In this document: positions 8,497 to 17,627 of the stretch, piece by piece | How positions within the stretch are numbered: the stretch's first letter is position 1 | How the letters are laid out: each line of letters begins with the position of its first letter | Source: an archaeon | GTDB taxonomy: Archaea; Iainarchaeota; Iainarchaeia; Iainarchaeales; Iainarchaeaceae | Reading direction: 5' to 3' | Assembly (NCBI GenBank): GCA_038046625.1 | Contig: JBBSVV010000017.1 | Coordinates: 1 to 25,150 of the forward strand | DNA: 25,150 nt | The notes under the pieces: generated by a model | What the model was told of the DNA's origin: nothing | Database searches by the model: none | The model's input: the letters and a program-made list of their open reading frames with translations, nothing else | Made by a program: the position numbers and the translations under genes

Positions 8497-9939
8497 TCAA
8501 TTTGTGCGGTAATGAGTCCCGATGCTTTCCTTGCGTGCGAGCGCCGCTTCGAATGTTTTCCTTGAAACGAGCAGCGCATCCTTGACAATAATGTTTCCGG
8601 CATTTTGATTTGTTTCGATTCTTTTTTCGAGATTCAGTATTCCCGCAAGGCCATCTTTGAGGTTGGCTTCATCCCTTATTACGCCGCAGCAGCCCCACAT
8701 TACTTTTTTCATTGCCGCGAAAACCGTTTTTGTGTCCGAGCCCTCATTTTGGGTTTCTTTCCCGGCTTTTCCGCTTGTTTTCTTCGCCGCGCCTTTTTCC
8801 TGTGCCGCATTCCTTCCCGCAATTTTTCCCATTACAAGCCCTTCCAAAAGTGAATTTGATGCCAACCTGTTCGCTCCGTGCAAACCGGAATTCGTGCACT
8901 CTCCGGCGGCGTAAATTCCTTTTATGCTTGTTGCTGCGCGCAAATCAGTTTTAATGCCGCCGATTGTGTAATGTGCGGCGGTTTCAATCGGAATGAGTTC
9001 CTGTTCGGGATTTATGCCAGTTTTTTTGAGTTCCGCGTAAACCGAGGGGAATCTTTTTTCGAAGTGCCCCTCTTCCAAAGCTCTCGCATCCAAAAATGCC
9101 TTTCCCCCTTTCGCGAGCTCGGCGTAAATTGCCCTGCTCACTTCGTCGCGTGTGAGCAAAGGGTTCACTATTTGTCCGCCTTTTTCGTTCACGATTGTGC
9201 CGCCTTCTCCCCTGACTGCTTCGGTGACTAAAAAGTTTTTTCCGGATTTTTCCCTTATTGTTGTGGGGTGGAACTGGATAAACTCCATTCCTGTGATTTC
9301 ACAGCCGGCATTTGCCGCGACCGCGATTCCGCTTCCGAGGGTCCCTTCGGGGTTTGTGGTTTTTTCGAAGCACGCCGCGTATCCTCCCGTTGCGAGGACA
9401 ATGGCTTTCGATTCGAGTGATTCTTCCTTTCCCGCGGTTTCAATTCCCGTGAAAGTGTTTTTGTCTGCAAGTATTTTTTTGAGCAAAGTGTTTTCCGCGA
9501 ATTCTACACCCTGTTCTTTCGCTATTTTTTTGAGGAAAAGCGTTATCTCTTTTCCTGTGCCGTCGCCGTTGATGTGCAGCACGCGGTTTTCGCAGTGGCC
9601 TCCTTCAAGCCCCAATTCCGGCTTTTCATTGCCGTCGAATTCCAGCCCCAAATCCATTAGCCATTTTATTTCCTTGGGCCCGCTTTTTGTGATAAGCCCA
9701 GCGGTTTTTGGGTTGCACAGGCCGCAGCCCGCTTTCAGCGTGTCATCATAATGCTTTTTCCACGAGTCATTTGCGCCGATTGCTGTTGCGATTCCGCCCT
9801 GCGCATAGTAGCTGTTCGAGTCCTTTTCAGAGCCCTTGTCCACTATGCACGCGCTTTTGCGTTTTCTGGTTGCCTCAATGGCTGCTGACAGCCCTGCTAT
9901 CCCGGAGCCAACAATAAGCACATCAAATTTTTCAGCCAT
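8497..9939 (-). CDS. nadB: L-aspartate oxidase
   Basis: GSGIAG, SYYAQGGIA, EGGH, MEFIQFHPT, TEAVRGEG, AHYTIGGI, GLHGANRLASNSLLEG and RKESIGTHYR; nad gene context. Confidence 0.94.
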   Translation of the reverse strand: MAEKFDVLIVGSGIAGLSAAIEATRKRKSACIVDKGSEKDSNSYYAQGGIATAIGANDSWKKHYDDTLKAGCGLCNPKTAGLITKSGPKEIKWLMDLGLEFDGNEKPELGLEGGHCENRVLHINGDGTGKEITLFLKKIAKEQGVEFAENTLLKKILADKNTFTGIETAGKEESLESKAIVLATGGYAACFEKTTNPEGTLGSGIAVAANAGCEITGMEFIQFHPTTIREKSGKNFLVTEAVRGEGGTIVNEKGGQIVNPLLTRDEVSRAIYAELAKGGKAFLDARALEEGHFEKRFPSVYAELKKTGINPEQELIPIETAAHYTIGGIKTDLRAATSIKGIYAAGECTNSGLHGANRLASNSLLEGLVMGKIAGRNAAQEKGAAKKTSGKAGKETQNEGSDTKTVFAAMKKVMWGCCGVIRDEANLKDGLAGILNLEKRIETNQNAGNIIVKDALLVSRKTFEAALARKESIGTHYRTN

Positions 9940-9985
9940 GCAGATTTTTATCCTGTAAAAATTAAAAAAGCGGTGTGTGCGGCGT

Positions 9986-10504
9986 TTACTGCTTTATTTC
10001 GTCGCTGATTATGGATTCAATCCTTTTTTTCGCGTTTATTTGTTTCAGGAATTTTTCAACGCTCTTCGGGACAAGCTTTTCAAGGCTCTCGCCTTTGAGT
10101 ATTTTTTGCCTGACTGCAGTTGAATCAATGTGGGCGTTGTTACTTACCAGCTTTTTTACTTTGTAATTATCTGCTTCAAAGAGTTCCTTTACGAGGGGGT
10201 TGTTGGTAAAAACAATGTCGAATTTCGGGCAGTAGCTCTTGATGCGCTGCGCCCAGAGCGCGTATTCCGAAACATCATCAACTGCAATGATGTAGCATTT
10301 TCCGAATATTTTTTCTTCCTGCATTGCCACGCCGATCATTTCTATTCTCTCGCCGGCAGTAAACGGATTTTTTTCCTGGAAACTTTCGCGCGCGCTTCCG
10401 ACAACAATTGCCATTTCATCAACCTCTTTCAGCGCGTTCAAAAGCGCGTTGTGGTGCCCCAAGTGATAGGGCTGGAACCTTCCTACAAACAAGCCGCGTT
10501 TCAT
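9986..10504 (-). CDS. nadM: Archaeal nicotinamide-nucleotide adenylyltransferase
   Basis: GRFQPYHLGH and NPFTAGERIEMI. Start set at ATG 10504 because an AGGTGA Shine-Dalgarno overlaps the upstream stop. Confidence 0.94.
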   Translation of the reverse strand: MKRGLFVGRFQPYHLGHHNALLNALKEVDEMAIVVGSARESFQEKNPFTAGERIEMIGVAMQEEKIFGKCYIIAVDDVSEYALWAQRIKSYCPKFDIVFTNNPLVKELFEADNYKVKKLVSNNAHIDSTAVRQKILKGESLEKLVPKSVEKFLKQINAKKRIESIISDEIKQ

Positions 10505-10516
10505 TTCGTTTTTCAC

Positions 10517-10858
10517 CTATAAGTTCATTAATACTATTCCGATTAAAGCAAGTGCCATTCCTGCGCCTTGCGTTGGGGTTATTGTTTCCCCGTAGGCAAG
10601 CATTCCTATCAGCACCATTCCTATTGCATAGAAAACACTCTGTACAACTCCGGCTGTGCCGAGATCCCAGTTGTGGATGAATACGTAAATAAAGAACGCT
10701 ACTTGGATGACATAAAGCACGAATATTGCGAGCATGAGCTTGTCTGTGAACGCGCCCAAAATGCTTCCGTTCTGGGCGGTCTTTTTTACGAGTGCATCCG
10801 CTATCGCAACCGAAAATCCCGCGAGAATTATTGCCGCGAATTGCACGTAATTCACCAT
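10517..10858 (-). CDS. Small four-helix membrane protein (SMR/EamA-like, DMT superfamily)
   Basis: 113 aa with four hydrophobic segments and the C-terminal pattern GETITPTQGAGMALALIGIVLM; overlaps the nadC stop (ATGGTGA). Confidence 0.78.
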   Translation of the reverse strand: MVNYVQFAAIILAGFSVAIADALVKKTAQNGSILGAFTDKLMLAIFVLYVIQVAFFIYVFIHNWDLGTAGVVQSVFYAIGMVLIGMLAYGETITPTQGAGMALALIGIVLMNL

Positions 10859-11679
10859 TTTTTCACGTCCATGCTGAAATCAATTATTCCAGCTTTTTTC
10901 GTGGGTTCGCCCATTGAAATTATGCCGGCGCCCAGATTACTGTATTTGCGGAGGTTTTTTAGCGTTATTCCGCCAGAGAGCTCGATTTTGCCCCTGTAGC
11001 CATTTGAACGGAGCAGCCTAATTGTGGATTTGGCTTTTTTTGGTGAAAAATTATCGAGCATAATCATGAAAGGCTTTTCCCGCGCGGCCTCAAGCGCCTG
11101 CTTTGGTGTTTCAACTTCTATTTCAATTTTTTTATTGGTTTTTTTCTTTGCCGTTTTTAGCGCATGTGAAATCGATTCAAAAAAAATCAGGTGATTTTCC
11201 TTGAACAAAACCATTTCGGCAAGATTTTTCCTGTGGGTCCACACTCCCGCAACCTGCGCCGCTTTTTTGTCGAGTTCCTGGAAACCCGGAACGGTTTTTC
11301 TCGTGACCGCGAGTCTCGTTTTGGTTTTTCCGGCAATCTTTTTTGCAGAAGCGCAGTAAGTGGCCACTCCGCTCATTCTTCCAAGAATATTGAGGCAAAC
11401 CCTTTCCGCTTCAAGGATTCTGTGGTTGTTGCCGCGGCAAACAAAAATTTTTTGTCCCCTAAGTGCTTTTGAGCCGTCTTTTTTGTGCAATTTCACTTTG
11501 AGTCCGCGTGATTCCAAAAGGTATTTTGCCTCTTCAATGCCTGCAAGCAAGCACTCCTGGTTTGCCTTCACAATGGCTTGTGCCTTGCTTTGAGGGGTTA
11601 TTGCGGATGTAACATCCCCTTTTCCGAGGTCCTGCCCGAGAAACAGCTTTATGCTTTTTTTTGCGGATGCCGAAAGCAT
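10852..11679 (-). CDS. nadC: Quinolinate phosphoribosyltransferase (nicotinate-nucleotide diphosphorylase)
   Basis: DLGKGDVTS, ERVCLN..RMSGVAT, TRKT, HR, KENH, IEIEVE, IMLDN and SGGIT. Start set at ATG 11679, after GGGAGA. Confidence 0.95.
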   Translation of the reverse strand: MLSASAKKSIKLFLGQDLGKGDVTSAITPQSKAQAIVKANQECLLAGIEEAKYLLESRGLKVKLHKKDGSKALRGQKIFVCRGNNHRILEAERVCLNILGRMSGVATYCASAKKIAGKTKTRLAVTRKTVPGFQELDKKAAQVAGVWTHRKNLAEMVLFKENHLIFFESISHALKTAKKKTNKKIEIEVETPKQALEAAREKPFMIMLDNFSPKKAKSTIRLLRSNGYRGKIELSGGITLKNLRKYSNLGAGIISMGEPTKKAGIIDFSMDVKKW

Positions 11680-11775
11680 AGTAGTCTTCTCCCAAAACAC
11701 CTTTTTAATCCTTATTTGTATAGTGCCGGATTGTATTTTGGAAAACAATATTAATTCTGGAGCGGTTTATTTTGT

Positions 11776-12717
11776 ATGGTTTTCAAAACCTTTGGGCAAT
11801 CTGCAAGGGGCTTTGCCCAGGGGCGCATAGAAGCACGAAAAATCAGGAGGTCGGCCGCCCTGGAATCAAGGCACATGGAAGCCACAAGGCATTTTTACAA
11901 TGAGCTTGAAAGGCTTTCGAAGTTGTACGAGTCCGGGGCCAATGGTAACGCTGTTTCCGGACAGGTTGGCAAGGTATTTGCCCTTGCTGTTTCGAGGTCG
12001 GCTTCGATTGCCGCGAGGGATGAAGAATTGGTCAGGCAGCGTTCACGTTACCATGCTGATTTGAAGATTTTTCTTGAAGGCGTGGCCGCCAACCCCCCTG
12101 ACACTGTGCAGGGCATGCGTGACTTTGTAAGGAAAGTGAGGCAGAAATCCACTGTCATTCTTCTTTCGGAGCCGAAGTTTGCGCCCGCGCTTAAGGAGCT
12201 GTTCCCTTGGTTTGCGCCGTCGAACTGGAAAACCGGCGAGGGGCGCAAGTATGTTGGTTGGCGCACCTTGACTTTCGCAACGGCTTGGGGCGACTTCACG
12301 AATTTTTTACCTGTGTCGGAAGTCGTTGGTGGCGTGGCCATGGCTGGCTTGCTTGCAAAGTCCGCGCGTGACAGGAAAAAGGCGGAAAGAATCGCTTCCA
12401 CAGATCCTGATAAGGCCGAGCAATTGGTGAAAAATTCCAGTTTTTGGAGGGAAAAAATTTTTGACTTCAGGACTTTGCTTACCCTGAATCCTGTTCCGGG
12501 TTTGCAGGCGGATTACTGGCTGTTGTTTTCCCCGCTTTTTGCAGCCGCGGGAATAGAGCACGGGCAAATGATAAGGCTGAACCGGGCGCTTTTGCGTTCC
12601 ATAAACTCGATCAACGAGCGCCAGATAAGCCTCAGAAGTGGACAGGGCAAGCCCCCGACCAAGACACAGCTTTTGGTGAGAAAATTTTTTGCGAAAAGTA
12701 AAAGCGGAGTGCAGTAA
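11776..12717 (+). CDS. Hypothetical basic protein with two hydrophobic segments
   Basis: A 313-codon ORF fills the nadC-pdxS gap, with an AT-rich TATA-like element upstream; no family recognised. Confidence 0.75.
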   Translation: MVFKTFGQSARGFAQGRIEARKIRRSAALESRHMEATRHFYNELERLSKLYESGANGNAVSGQVGKVFALAVSRSASIAARDEELVRQRSRYHADLKIFLEGVAANPPDTVQGMRDFVRKVRQKSTVILLSEPKFAPALKELFPWFAPSNWKTGEGRKYVGWRTLTFATAWGDFTNFLPVSEVVGGVAMAGLLAKSARDRKKAERIASTDPDKAEQLVKNSSFWREKIFDFRTLLTLNPVPGLQADYWLLFSPLFAAAGIEHGQMIRLNRALLRSINSINERQISLRSGQGKPPTKTQLLVRKFFAKSKSGVQ

Positions 12718-12761
12718 AATAGGTTTTAATTCTTTGTTAATCCTCTAATATGTGTCTTTTT

Positions 12762-13652
12762 ATGGCAAAAAAAACTGTTCTGAAAGGGACTCCAAAATTA
12801 AAGAAGGGCCTTGCGCAGATGCTCAAGGGCGGCTGCATAATGGATGTCGTCAATGCGAAGCAGGCCAAAATTGCCGAGAAGGCGGGTGCCTGTGCTGTAA
12901 TGGCTCTGGAGAGGGTTCCTGCCGATATCCGCGCGCAAGGCGGGGTTGCGAGAATGGCTGACCCTGAAAAAGTGAAGGAAATAATGAAGGCTGTTTCTGT
13001 TCCTGTAATGGCAAAAGTAAGAATTGGCCATTTTGTCGAGGCACAGATTCTGCAGGAGCTCGGCGTTGACTTCATTGACGAGTCGGAAGTTTTGACGCCC
13101 GCGGATAATGAATTCCACATTGCTAAAAAGAAATTCGAGGTTCCATTTGTCTGTGGCGCACGCAACCTCGGAGAGGCATTGAGGCGCATTAATGAGGGCG
13201 CGGCAATGATCCGCACAAAAGGAGAGGCCGGAACAGGCAACATTGTGGAGGCGGTTACGCACGTGCGCACCGTTGCAAAGGAAATTGCGGACTTAAAGCA
13301 TTTTACTGTTAACCGGCTTGAGGCAATAGCGAATTCAATGCGCGTTCCAAAGGAATTGCTGGCTGAAACGGAAAATCTTGGAAGGCTTCCGGTGGTTAAT
13401 TTTGCGGCAGGCGGAATTGCGACTCCAGCGGATGCCGCGTTAATGATGCAATTGGGTGTTGACGGTGTTTTTGTCGGCTCCGGAATCTTCAAGTCCTCGA
13501 ACCCGAACAGGATGGCTTCCGCGATTGTGCAGGCCGTTACGCACTACAGGGACGCAAAAATGCTTGCAAAGGTTTCAAGCGGTTTGGGCGGGGCAATGCA
13601 GGGCCTCGAGATTTCCAAGCTTGAAATGCGGATGCAGGACCGCGGGCACTGA
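12762..13652 (+). CDS. pdxS: Pyridoxal 5'-phosphate synthase lyase subunit
   Basis: [50 protein letters not shown] and [13 protein letters not shown]. Alternative start at 12750. Confidence 0.98.
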   Translation: MAKKTVLKGTPKLKKGLAQMLKGGCIMDVVNAKQAKIAEKAGACAVMALERVPADIRAQGGVARMADPEKVKEIMKAVSVPVMAKVRIGHFVEAQILQELGVDFIDESEVLTPADNEFHIAKKKFEVPFVCGARNLGEALRRINEGAAMIRTKGEAGTGNIVEAVTHVRTVAKEIADLKHFTVNRLEAIANSMRVPKELLAETENLGRLPVVNFAAGGIATPADAALMMQLGVDGVFVGSGIFKSSNPNRMASAIVQAVTHYRDAKMLAKVSSGLGGAMQGLEISKLEMRMQDRGH

Positions 13653-13693
13653 ACTCATTTGATTTAAAAATTAATTCAGTTCCTTCTTATTTT

Positions 13694-14275
13694 ATGGCGA
13701 AAATTATAGTGGGTGTTCTCGCGATTCAGGGTGATTTTGCAGAGCACCAGCGCTCCATTGAATCTCTAGGCCTTGAAGCCATCCAAGTTCGAACAAAAGC
13801 CGATTTGCAGAAGTGCTCCGCTCTCATTATTCCGGGCGGCGAAAGCACCACGATTGCAAAGCTCATTGCGGATAACGGCATTGCTTCCGCGATAAGTTCT
13901 TTCGCAAAAAAAGGCTTTCCCGTTTACGGCACTTGTGCGGGCGCGATAGTAATTGCAAAAAAAATTTTGGGTGAAAAGCGATTCAGGCCATTGAATTTGA
14001 TTGGCATTGAGGTTGCGAGGAATGCTTATGGGCGCCAAGTAGATTCTTTTGAGGCTGAAATTGAGGTGAAAGGCGCGGGGAAAATGAATGTGGTTTTCAT
14101 CCGCGCCCCGGTAATAACAAAAATCGGGAAAGGCGTTGAGGTGCTGGCTTCTTTCGAGGGAAAGCCTGTTCTCGTCACGCACAAAAATGTCCTTGCAGGA
14201 ACTTTCCACACGGAGCTTGGCGAAAACACAAAATTGCATTCTTTGCTTGCGAAAATGGCGAAAGGCAAAAATTGA
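13694..14275 (+). CDS. pdxT: Pyridoxal 5'-phosphate synthase glutaminase subunit
   Basis: GVLAIQGDF, PGGESTT, GTCAG, RNAYGRQVDSFE, FIRAP and FHTEL. Confidence 0.97.
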   Translation: MAKIIVGVLAIQGDFAEHQRSIESLGLEAIQVRTKADLQKCSALIIPGGESTTIAKLIADNGIASAISSFAKKGFPVYGTCAGAIVIAKKILGEKRFRPLNLIGIEVARNAYGRQVDSFEAEIEVKGAGKMNVVFIRAPVITKIGKGVEVLASFEGKPVLVTHKNVLAGTFHTELGENTKLHSLLAKMAKGKN

Positions 14276-14320
14276 TTTTCAGCAACCAAATGTGCATTGG
14301 GAATTCCGCTGACTGCGTGT

Positions 14321-15772
14321 TCAGTAGATTCCTTTTGAAATGCTCTTGAGCTTCATTTTTCCGACTGCAATTTCAGGCGTTAAAACGAGTGCGTCCTGCC
14401 CCCATGAGCGCGCAGCCTTTGCCTGTTTTCCGAGCGCGAGAACATCCTTGAATACGCTTTCGAAGCTGTCAAGTATCCTGAATGTGTTTGGCGTGAGCGC
14501 GCTTGAAATCTCCCCATTTTTGATTATGAATGAGTCGCCGCGTATGGTTGAGGTGAAATCAAAGCTCGAATATCCGTTGACTGGGTACGTGTACCACATT
14601 CTCCCCAAATAGATTCCGTCCTTCACTTCACCCAAAAGCTCTTCATGGGAATGATTGCCTTTTTGTATGGTGTAGTTTGTTCCCTTCACGCTCACGTCGC
14701 TGCCGTAGTTCCTTCCCGTTCCTCCGCGGAAGCCGTTGTGCTGCCCGTATTTCTTCCACTCGGGCTTTTTGCCTGAGTAATAATTGTTGGAAATGTAGTT
14801 TTTGAAAACCCCGTTTTTGACTATTGTGTTTTTCTTTGTGGGAAGGCCTTCGTCCGTGTATTTTTTCGAGCATATCAGCCCGTTGAGAAGCGGATTGTCC
14901 TCTATTGTGAGCTTTTCGGAAAAAATCTGCTGCCCTTCCCTTCCTTTGAACGGATTTGCATTGTACTCGAGCGAAGGTATTTCGATGTCGAACCTGCTGT
15001 AAAGCAATTCGGCTACCGCAATCTGGCTCAAAACAACTTTGTACTCTCCGGAATCGAGGCTTTTTGGGTTCTGCATTGAAAGCGATTTTTCCGCGGATTC
15101 GGCCGCACAGCCTTCGCAGTCGAGCTTTGCGAGGTGCGTCGAGGATTCGAATGATGTTCCTGATGCGTGCGGATTAACCTCCAAATCAGTGGTTAAAGTT
15201 GAGAAGCACTCCGTGTTTTCTTCTGCGGCGCTTATACCGTTCGAGTTTTCAACCGCCATCCTTGCCGCGAGCGCATCCATTTCTCCAGTAATGTTGAACC
15301 CTTCCTTGAATTTGCTTTTCTTCATTTCCGAGAATGCGCCTGTAATGAGTTCATACGACTTTGCCATTGCCTTTTCCTCGTCTAATTTCAGGATTTTTTT
15401 GTCCGCGTAAACCGAACTCGGTTTTCCTTTTTTTCCTTTTGCAAATCCCTTGAAATCGTTGTCGAGAACCATTGATTCGAACGCTTTAGAATACGCTTCC
15501 TCGAACCCTTTGCGCGAAAAATCGGAGTCCGAAACGCCCATGCCGTATTTTCCGCTCTTGAACATTATCCTCAGGCTTAATCCAAAATCCTCTTCGCTTT
15601 TGGGTTCCTCTAGGCCGTTGCTCGGGATATCCGTGTGGTATGCAATCCTGTAAACGTTCAGGTTGTTAGCGGAAACATATGCCTCTGCCTCTTTCACTTC
15701 GCTTTTCCTCTCCGCGTATTCAAGGAGTTCTTTTGCAATTGCCCTGATTTCTTTGAGTTCGATCATTTTCAT
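14321..15772 (-). CDS. pmbA: TldD/PmbA family protein, non-catalytic TldE/PmbA-like subunit
   Basis: DEGLPT..IVKNGVFKNY and FIIKNGEI; lacks HExxxH; coupled to the upstream tldD (TGAGGAAATG). Confidence 0.85.
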   Translation of the reverse strand: MKMIELKEIRAIAKELLEYAERKSEVKEAEAYVSANNLNVYRIAYHTDIPSNGLEEPKSEEDFGLSLRIMFKSGKYGMGVSDSDFSRKGFEEAYSKAFESMVLDNDFKGFAKGKKGKPSSVYADKKILKLDEEKAMAKSYELITGAFSEMKKSKFKEGFNITGEMDALAARMAVENSNGISAAEENTECFSTLTTDLEVNPHASGTSFESSTHLAKLDCEGCAAESAEKSLSMQNPKSLDSGEYKVVLSQIAVAELLYSRFDIEIPSLEYNANPFKGREGQQIFSEKLTIEDNPLLNGLICSKKYTDEGLPTKKNTIVKNGVFKNYISNNYYSGKKPEWKKYGQHNGFRGGTGRNYGSDVSVKGTNYTIQKGNHSHEELLGEVKDGIYLGRMWYTYPVNGYSSFDFTSTIRGDSFIIKNGEISSALTPNTFRILDSFESVFKDVLALGKQAKAARSWGQDALVLTPEIAVGKMKLKSISKGIY

Positions 15773-15776
15773 TTCC

Positions 15777-17312
15777 TCAGTGTTTTCCCGTCAAATTGGC
15801 TATTCCTTTCAAATGCGGCCCGCCGTTCGAGAGCCTCATTGTCTGCATTGGCGTTCCTTTTCCGCAGTTAGGGACATTGAAGTGCATAACATCATTTGCC
15901 GCCTTTATGCTTTTGAAGAACTTGTTCGAGTCATACTCAATTCCTGCGTTCCTGTAAAGTTCCATGATTTCGCCGTTCTCGATGCGGTAGGCTTTCCAGC
16001 AGGTAATATTGAAGTTCTGCCTGCTTTCCCCTATTGATGGCGTTTTTTCGCCTATGATGTAATACCCTTTCCTTGTTTCCTCGATGAGCTCTTCCTTTTT
16101 CCACGTTCCTTTTTCGAAGTAAGTGTTGCTCATCCTGATCAATGGCACTGATGCAGCCGAGTTCGCGCGCATGTGCCCGTTTGGCTCCGCGTTGAGAATT
16201 GCGGCTGTTTCCCTTGAGTTCATGAATCCCTTTAGGATTCCGTTCTCAATGTTAACCACCTTTTTTGCGGGTGTCCCTTCATCATCGAAACCGTAATTTC
16301 CGTAACCAAAGAATGTAGGGTCTGAAACAATCGTCATTTCGGGGCTTCCAACTTCTTTTCCGAACATGTTTTCATCCATGTTGTTGAACCACCATGCCCT
16401 GCCTGCCCACGCAGTTTCGCGTTTCAGGGCACGGTCAGCTTCGCTTGGGTGCCCGCAGATTTCGTGGCTGACAAGGGTGTTGAACCATGGGTCCGTAATT
16501 ATTTCAACGTCCTTTTCGAATTTTGCGGTTTTCGCGTTTGCGAGTTCTGCCGTTCCTTCAGCGAGGTATTCGGCGAATTCTTCGAGCGTTTTTCCGTGCG
16601 GGTTATCTCCTTCAAGCACTTCGAGTCCTTTCGAATCCGACATCCACTCGTGAAAAGTTTCCTCGTTTGTTCCTTTTGCTGAAATAAAAACGGACGGCTC
16701 GGTTATTGCCCTTGTTTGCTCAATGAGCGAGCCTTCGGAGTTTGTAAAAATCTTTTTTTCTATTCCTGCCATTAGGCCTATGCTGTTTGCCGAGACTCCG
16801 CTGATTTTTCCGATTCTTTTGGAAACTTCTTCGCAGCGCTTAATGTAAAAATCAAGGTCTTTATCCATTGGGTTTTCCCTGAATTCCTTTTCCCATTCTT
16901 TTCGAAGAACAGGTATTTCCGCAAATGCGGTTGAATACAGGCCGCGTGCCTGTTCCTTCATCTTCGAAGCGGTTTTTTCCTTTTCGATTGAATTGAGCTT
17001 CGCCCTCTTGAACGCAACTTCCAGCATCTGTGCCGTTATTTCCTTTATTTTTGAAAGGTCTTTTTCCCCGAGGCTTTTTCCTATGAATCCGGATGCAACC
17101 ATTTTTTTTCCGGCGAATACGCGCGCGCCGATTTCAATTCCGTAATCCCTTGTGGCCTGTTTCACGTTCCCGTTGAGTGCGTAAGCCGCCTGGCCGTTAG
17201 AAATTTCAAACCTTACGTCAGCCATTGCTGGTTTTTGCTTTGCCGAAAACTTTTGGACTGCATCAAAAATGTCCTGCTTCAATTCTGTTGCTTTTTCAAT
17301 CTGCACGAACAT
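15777..17312 (-). CDS. tldD: TldD family metalloprotease, catalytic subunit
   Basis: HEICGHPSEAD (HExxxH), FDDEGTP, GHMRA, PLIRMSNTY and CGKG..Q..SNGGPH. Start set at ATG 17312; alternative 17345. Confidence 0.92.
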   Translation of the reverse strand: MFVQIEKATELKQDIFDAVQKFSAKQKPAMADVRFEISNGQAAYALNGNVKQATRDYGIEIGARVFAGKKMVASGFIGKSLGEKDLSKIKEITAQMLEVAFKRAKLNSIEKEKTASKMKEQARGLYSTAFAEIPVLRKEWEKEFRENPMDKDLDFYIKRCEEVSKRIGKISGVSANSIGLMAGIEKKIFTNSEGSLIEQTRAITEPSVFISAKGTNEETFHEWMSDSKGLEVLEGDNPHGKTLEEFAEYLAEGTAELANAKTAKFEKDVEIITDPWFNTLVSHEICGHPSEADRALKRETAWAGRAWWFNNMDENMFGKEVGSPEMTIVSDPTFFGYGNYGFDDEGTPAKKVVNIENGILKGFMNSRETAAILNAEPNGHMRANSAASVPLIRMSNTYFEKGTWKKEELIEETRKGYYIIGEKTPSIGESRQNFNITCWKAYRIENGEIMELYRNAGIEYDSNKFFKSIKAANDVMHFNVPNCGKGTPMQTMRLSNGGPHLKGIANLTGKH

Positions 17313-17439
17313 TTTTTGGCCCCTTAAAATCGGTAGTATATGCATTGCCCCGAACCCTTTTAACCCTTATGATGCGCATTAACCCGAAAAACCTTAACCT
17401 TGTTGAAATGCCTTATTTTGGCAAATAGAGGGCTTTTAG

Positions 17440-17622
17440 TCACTTTTTTTTGAGGTAAGGCAGGCCTGTCAACGGGTTTTCGCCCACCAAGTAGCCCTGC
17501 GGCAAATCAATGCCTTTCCTGTTTTCCTTGGTGAAAAAATAGATTGTTTTGCCGTTCCTTCCGCCTAAAGTTGAATTGAGGAAGTACTTCTTGTCTTTCG
17601 AGTTTGTGTGTTCGTAAGCCAT
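17440..17622 (-). CDS. Small (60 aa) conserved hypothetical protein
   Basis: GGTGA Shine-Dalgarno upstream. The pattern MAYxHTNSKxxxYxL...IYFF...LPxGYxVxENPxTGLPxLKKK resembles a small family I recall from archaea and CPR bacteria (not verified). Confidence 0.8.
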   Translation of the reverse strand: MAYEHTNSKDKKYFLNSTLGGRNGKTIYFFTKENRKGIDLPQGYLVGENPLTGLPYLKKK

Positions 17623-17627
17623 TCAAA

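Noticed and set aside
10890..10925. nadC inactivation suggested by ISMGEPTKK in place of the usual ISxGxLTH
   Set aside because: The frame is intact and the main catalytic motifs are retained; this is probably divergence or a single-base variant.
14203..14217. PdxT FHTE instead of FHPE
   Set aside because: The catalytic Cys, His and Glu are all retained.
14321..17312. RiPP biosynthetic cluster around tldDE
   Set aside because: No modifying enzyme, transporter or precursor-like peptide is adjacent.
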